Assembly: GCA_964016885.1 (NCBI GenBank)
Contig: OZ024757.1
Coordinates: 29,512,001-29,576,000 of the forward strand
Direction of reading: 5' to 3'
Source of the DNA: Eledone cirrhosa
Lineage: Eukaryota
Length of the DNA stretch: 64,000 nucleotides
A program made the position numbers and the translations under genes. Shown in pieces: positions 62,972 to 64,000 of this stretch. Numbering within the stretch: the first letter of the stretch is position 1; every line of letters starts with the position of its first letter. The notes below the pieces were generated by a model. That model did no database searches. It was not told the DNA's origin and saw only the letters and a program-made list of their open reading frames with translations.

Positions 62972-63428
62972 ATTGGCAGGGTCGGAGGACATGTTTTGCA
63001 AGATAGAGTTACACCCCTTTACGGTCTAAGATCAAATCCCGCCGAGGTTAACTTTGCCTTTCATCCTTACGGGGTCGATAAAATAAAGTACCAGTAATGC
63101 ACTGGGTAATTGCTGGCCTTGTGCCTAAAGTAGAAACAATTATTATTAAAGGCGGTGATTTGGCAATATTGGTAGAACGTCAGACGCCATGCTTTGCCGC
63201 ATTGAGTTACACCCCTTTACGGTCTGAGTTTAAATCTCGCTGAGGTTACCTTTGCCTTTCATCCTTACGGGGTCGATAAAATAAAGTACCAGTAATGCAC
63301 TGGGGTAATTGCTGGCCTTGCGCCAAAACTAGAAACAATTATTATTAGAGCGTTGGATTGGCAGTACTAGTAGAGGGTCAGACGCCAGCTTTGCAGCATA
63401 GAGTTACGGCCCTTTAAGGCCTGAGTTC
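62972..63428 (+). mobile_element. Three head-to-tail SINE S1 copies, the last 3'-truncated
   Basis: Copies at about 62972-63148, 63150-63347 and 63349-63428, joined through attatt tails. Confidence 0.92.
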
Positions 63429-63429
63429 A

Positions 63430-63725
63430 TTTAACACACAACATTGATGATAATTTACAGAGAGATACTGTTCTTCTTAATACAAGTGCAGTACCAGTTA
63501 AAACAAAATGTTGCACCTCTTGCAGAGAGGGTAAACCAGGGATCATTCTCAAATACTGTTCTGTTCCTTTCTTGATCATTCCCAGTGCTCCCACAATCAC
63601 TGGTATTGTAACGGCCTTGAGGTTCCACATTATTTTCAATTTCAATGAGCAGATCTTTATATTTTCTTAGATTGTCAAATGTTTTAGCCGCGATATTGTC
63701 ATCACATAGGATGCTCATATCAATT
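63430..63725 (-). mobile_element. R4/Dong-like RLE LINE endonuclease C-terminus
   Basis: IIDMSILCDDNIAAKTFDNLRKYKDLLIEIE / MWNLKAVTIPVIVGALGMIKK..IPGLPSLQEVQHFVLTGTALVLRR with one frameshift. Confidence 0.85.
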
Positions 63726-63755
63726 ATCAATTATTATTATTATCATTATTATAAT

Positions 63756-64000
63756 AGGAAAATCAGGCTGGAGAGGCAAGTGCTGTCTTCTAGCAAGTTT
63801 GTTGAAAGGTGTGGGACTGATCCGGTTGTCGACTGAGTCCATTGTGCAGATGGTCTCGCCGTCTTCCTTTGAGGAGGAAGGGCAGGCGGTTTTCATCTGC
63901 CTGGTGGCCATGGCGAAAGAGATTGTGTGGTGGACAAGGCTAAAAGGATTAAAGACAAACGCTTTCCTCTTCGGCGATTCCCTAATTAACTTTTTCAAGT
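63756..64000 (+). mobile_element. Tx1/L1-type ORF2 C-terminal fragment (runs off the window)
   Basis: From 63811: VGLIRLSTESIVQM..AVFICLVAMAKEIVWWTRLKGL..SLINFFK, matching the AK..IW..R motif. RKIRLERQVLSSSKFVER lies at 63756-63809. Confidence 0.65.

Overview
AT-rich, repeat-saturated eukaryotic DNA with no recognisable host gene. The repeat families resemble those of octopus or another cephalopod (inference from recall, not searched). Roughly 40-50% by eye is compound (TA)n/(CA)n/(TACA)n microsatellite, which accounts for almost every ORF in the track. The rest is mobile-element debris: about 30 copies or fragments of one ~190-bp tRNA-derived SINE, often head-to-tail; a young CR1-type LINE present twice inside (TA)n; RTE LINE pieces, one ending in three C2H2 fingers; two R4/Dong-like RLE LINE fragments; Tx1/L1 pieces; Penelope-like pseudo-LTR relics with hammerhead cores; a non-autonomous Helitron; a piggyBac MITE inside a Tc1/maT relic; and small Tc1/pogo MITEs. 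The most unusual signal is a recurring architecture of microsatellite-anchored mini-insertions with an inverted or fold-back 5' segment. It appears in three RTE copies that join the inverted 5' region to the extreme 3' end, in a six-copy hammerhead-like element, and in several near-perfect hairpins. All family calls are by-eye motif recognition and boundaries are approximate.
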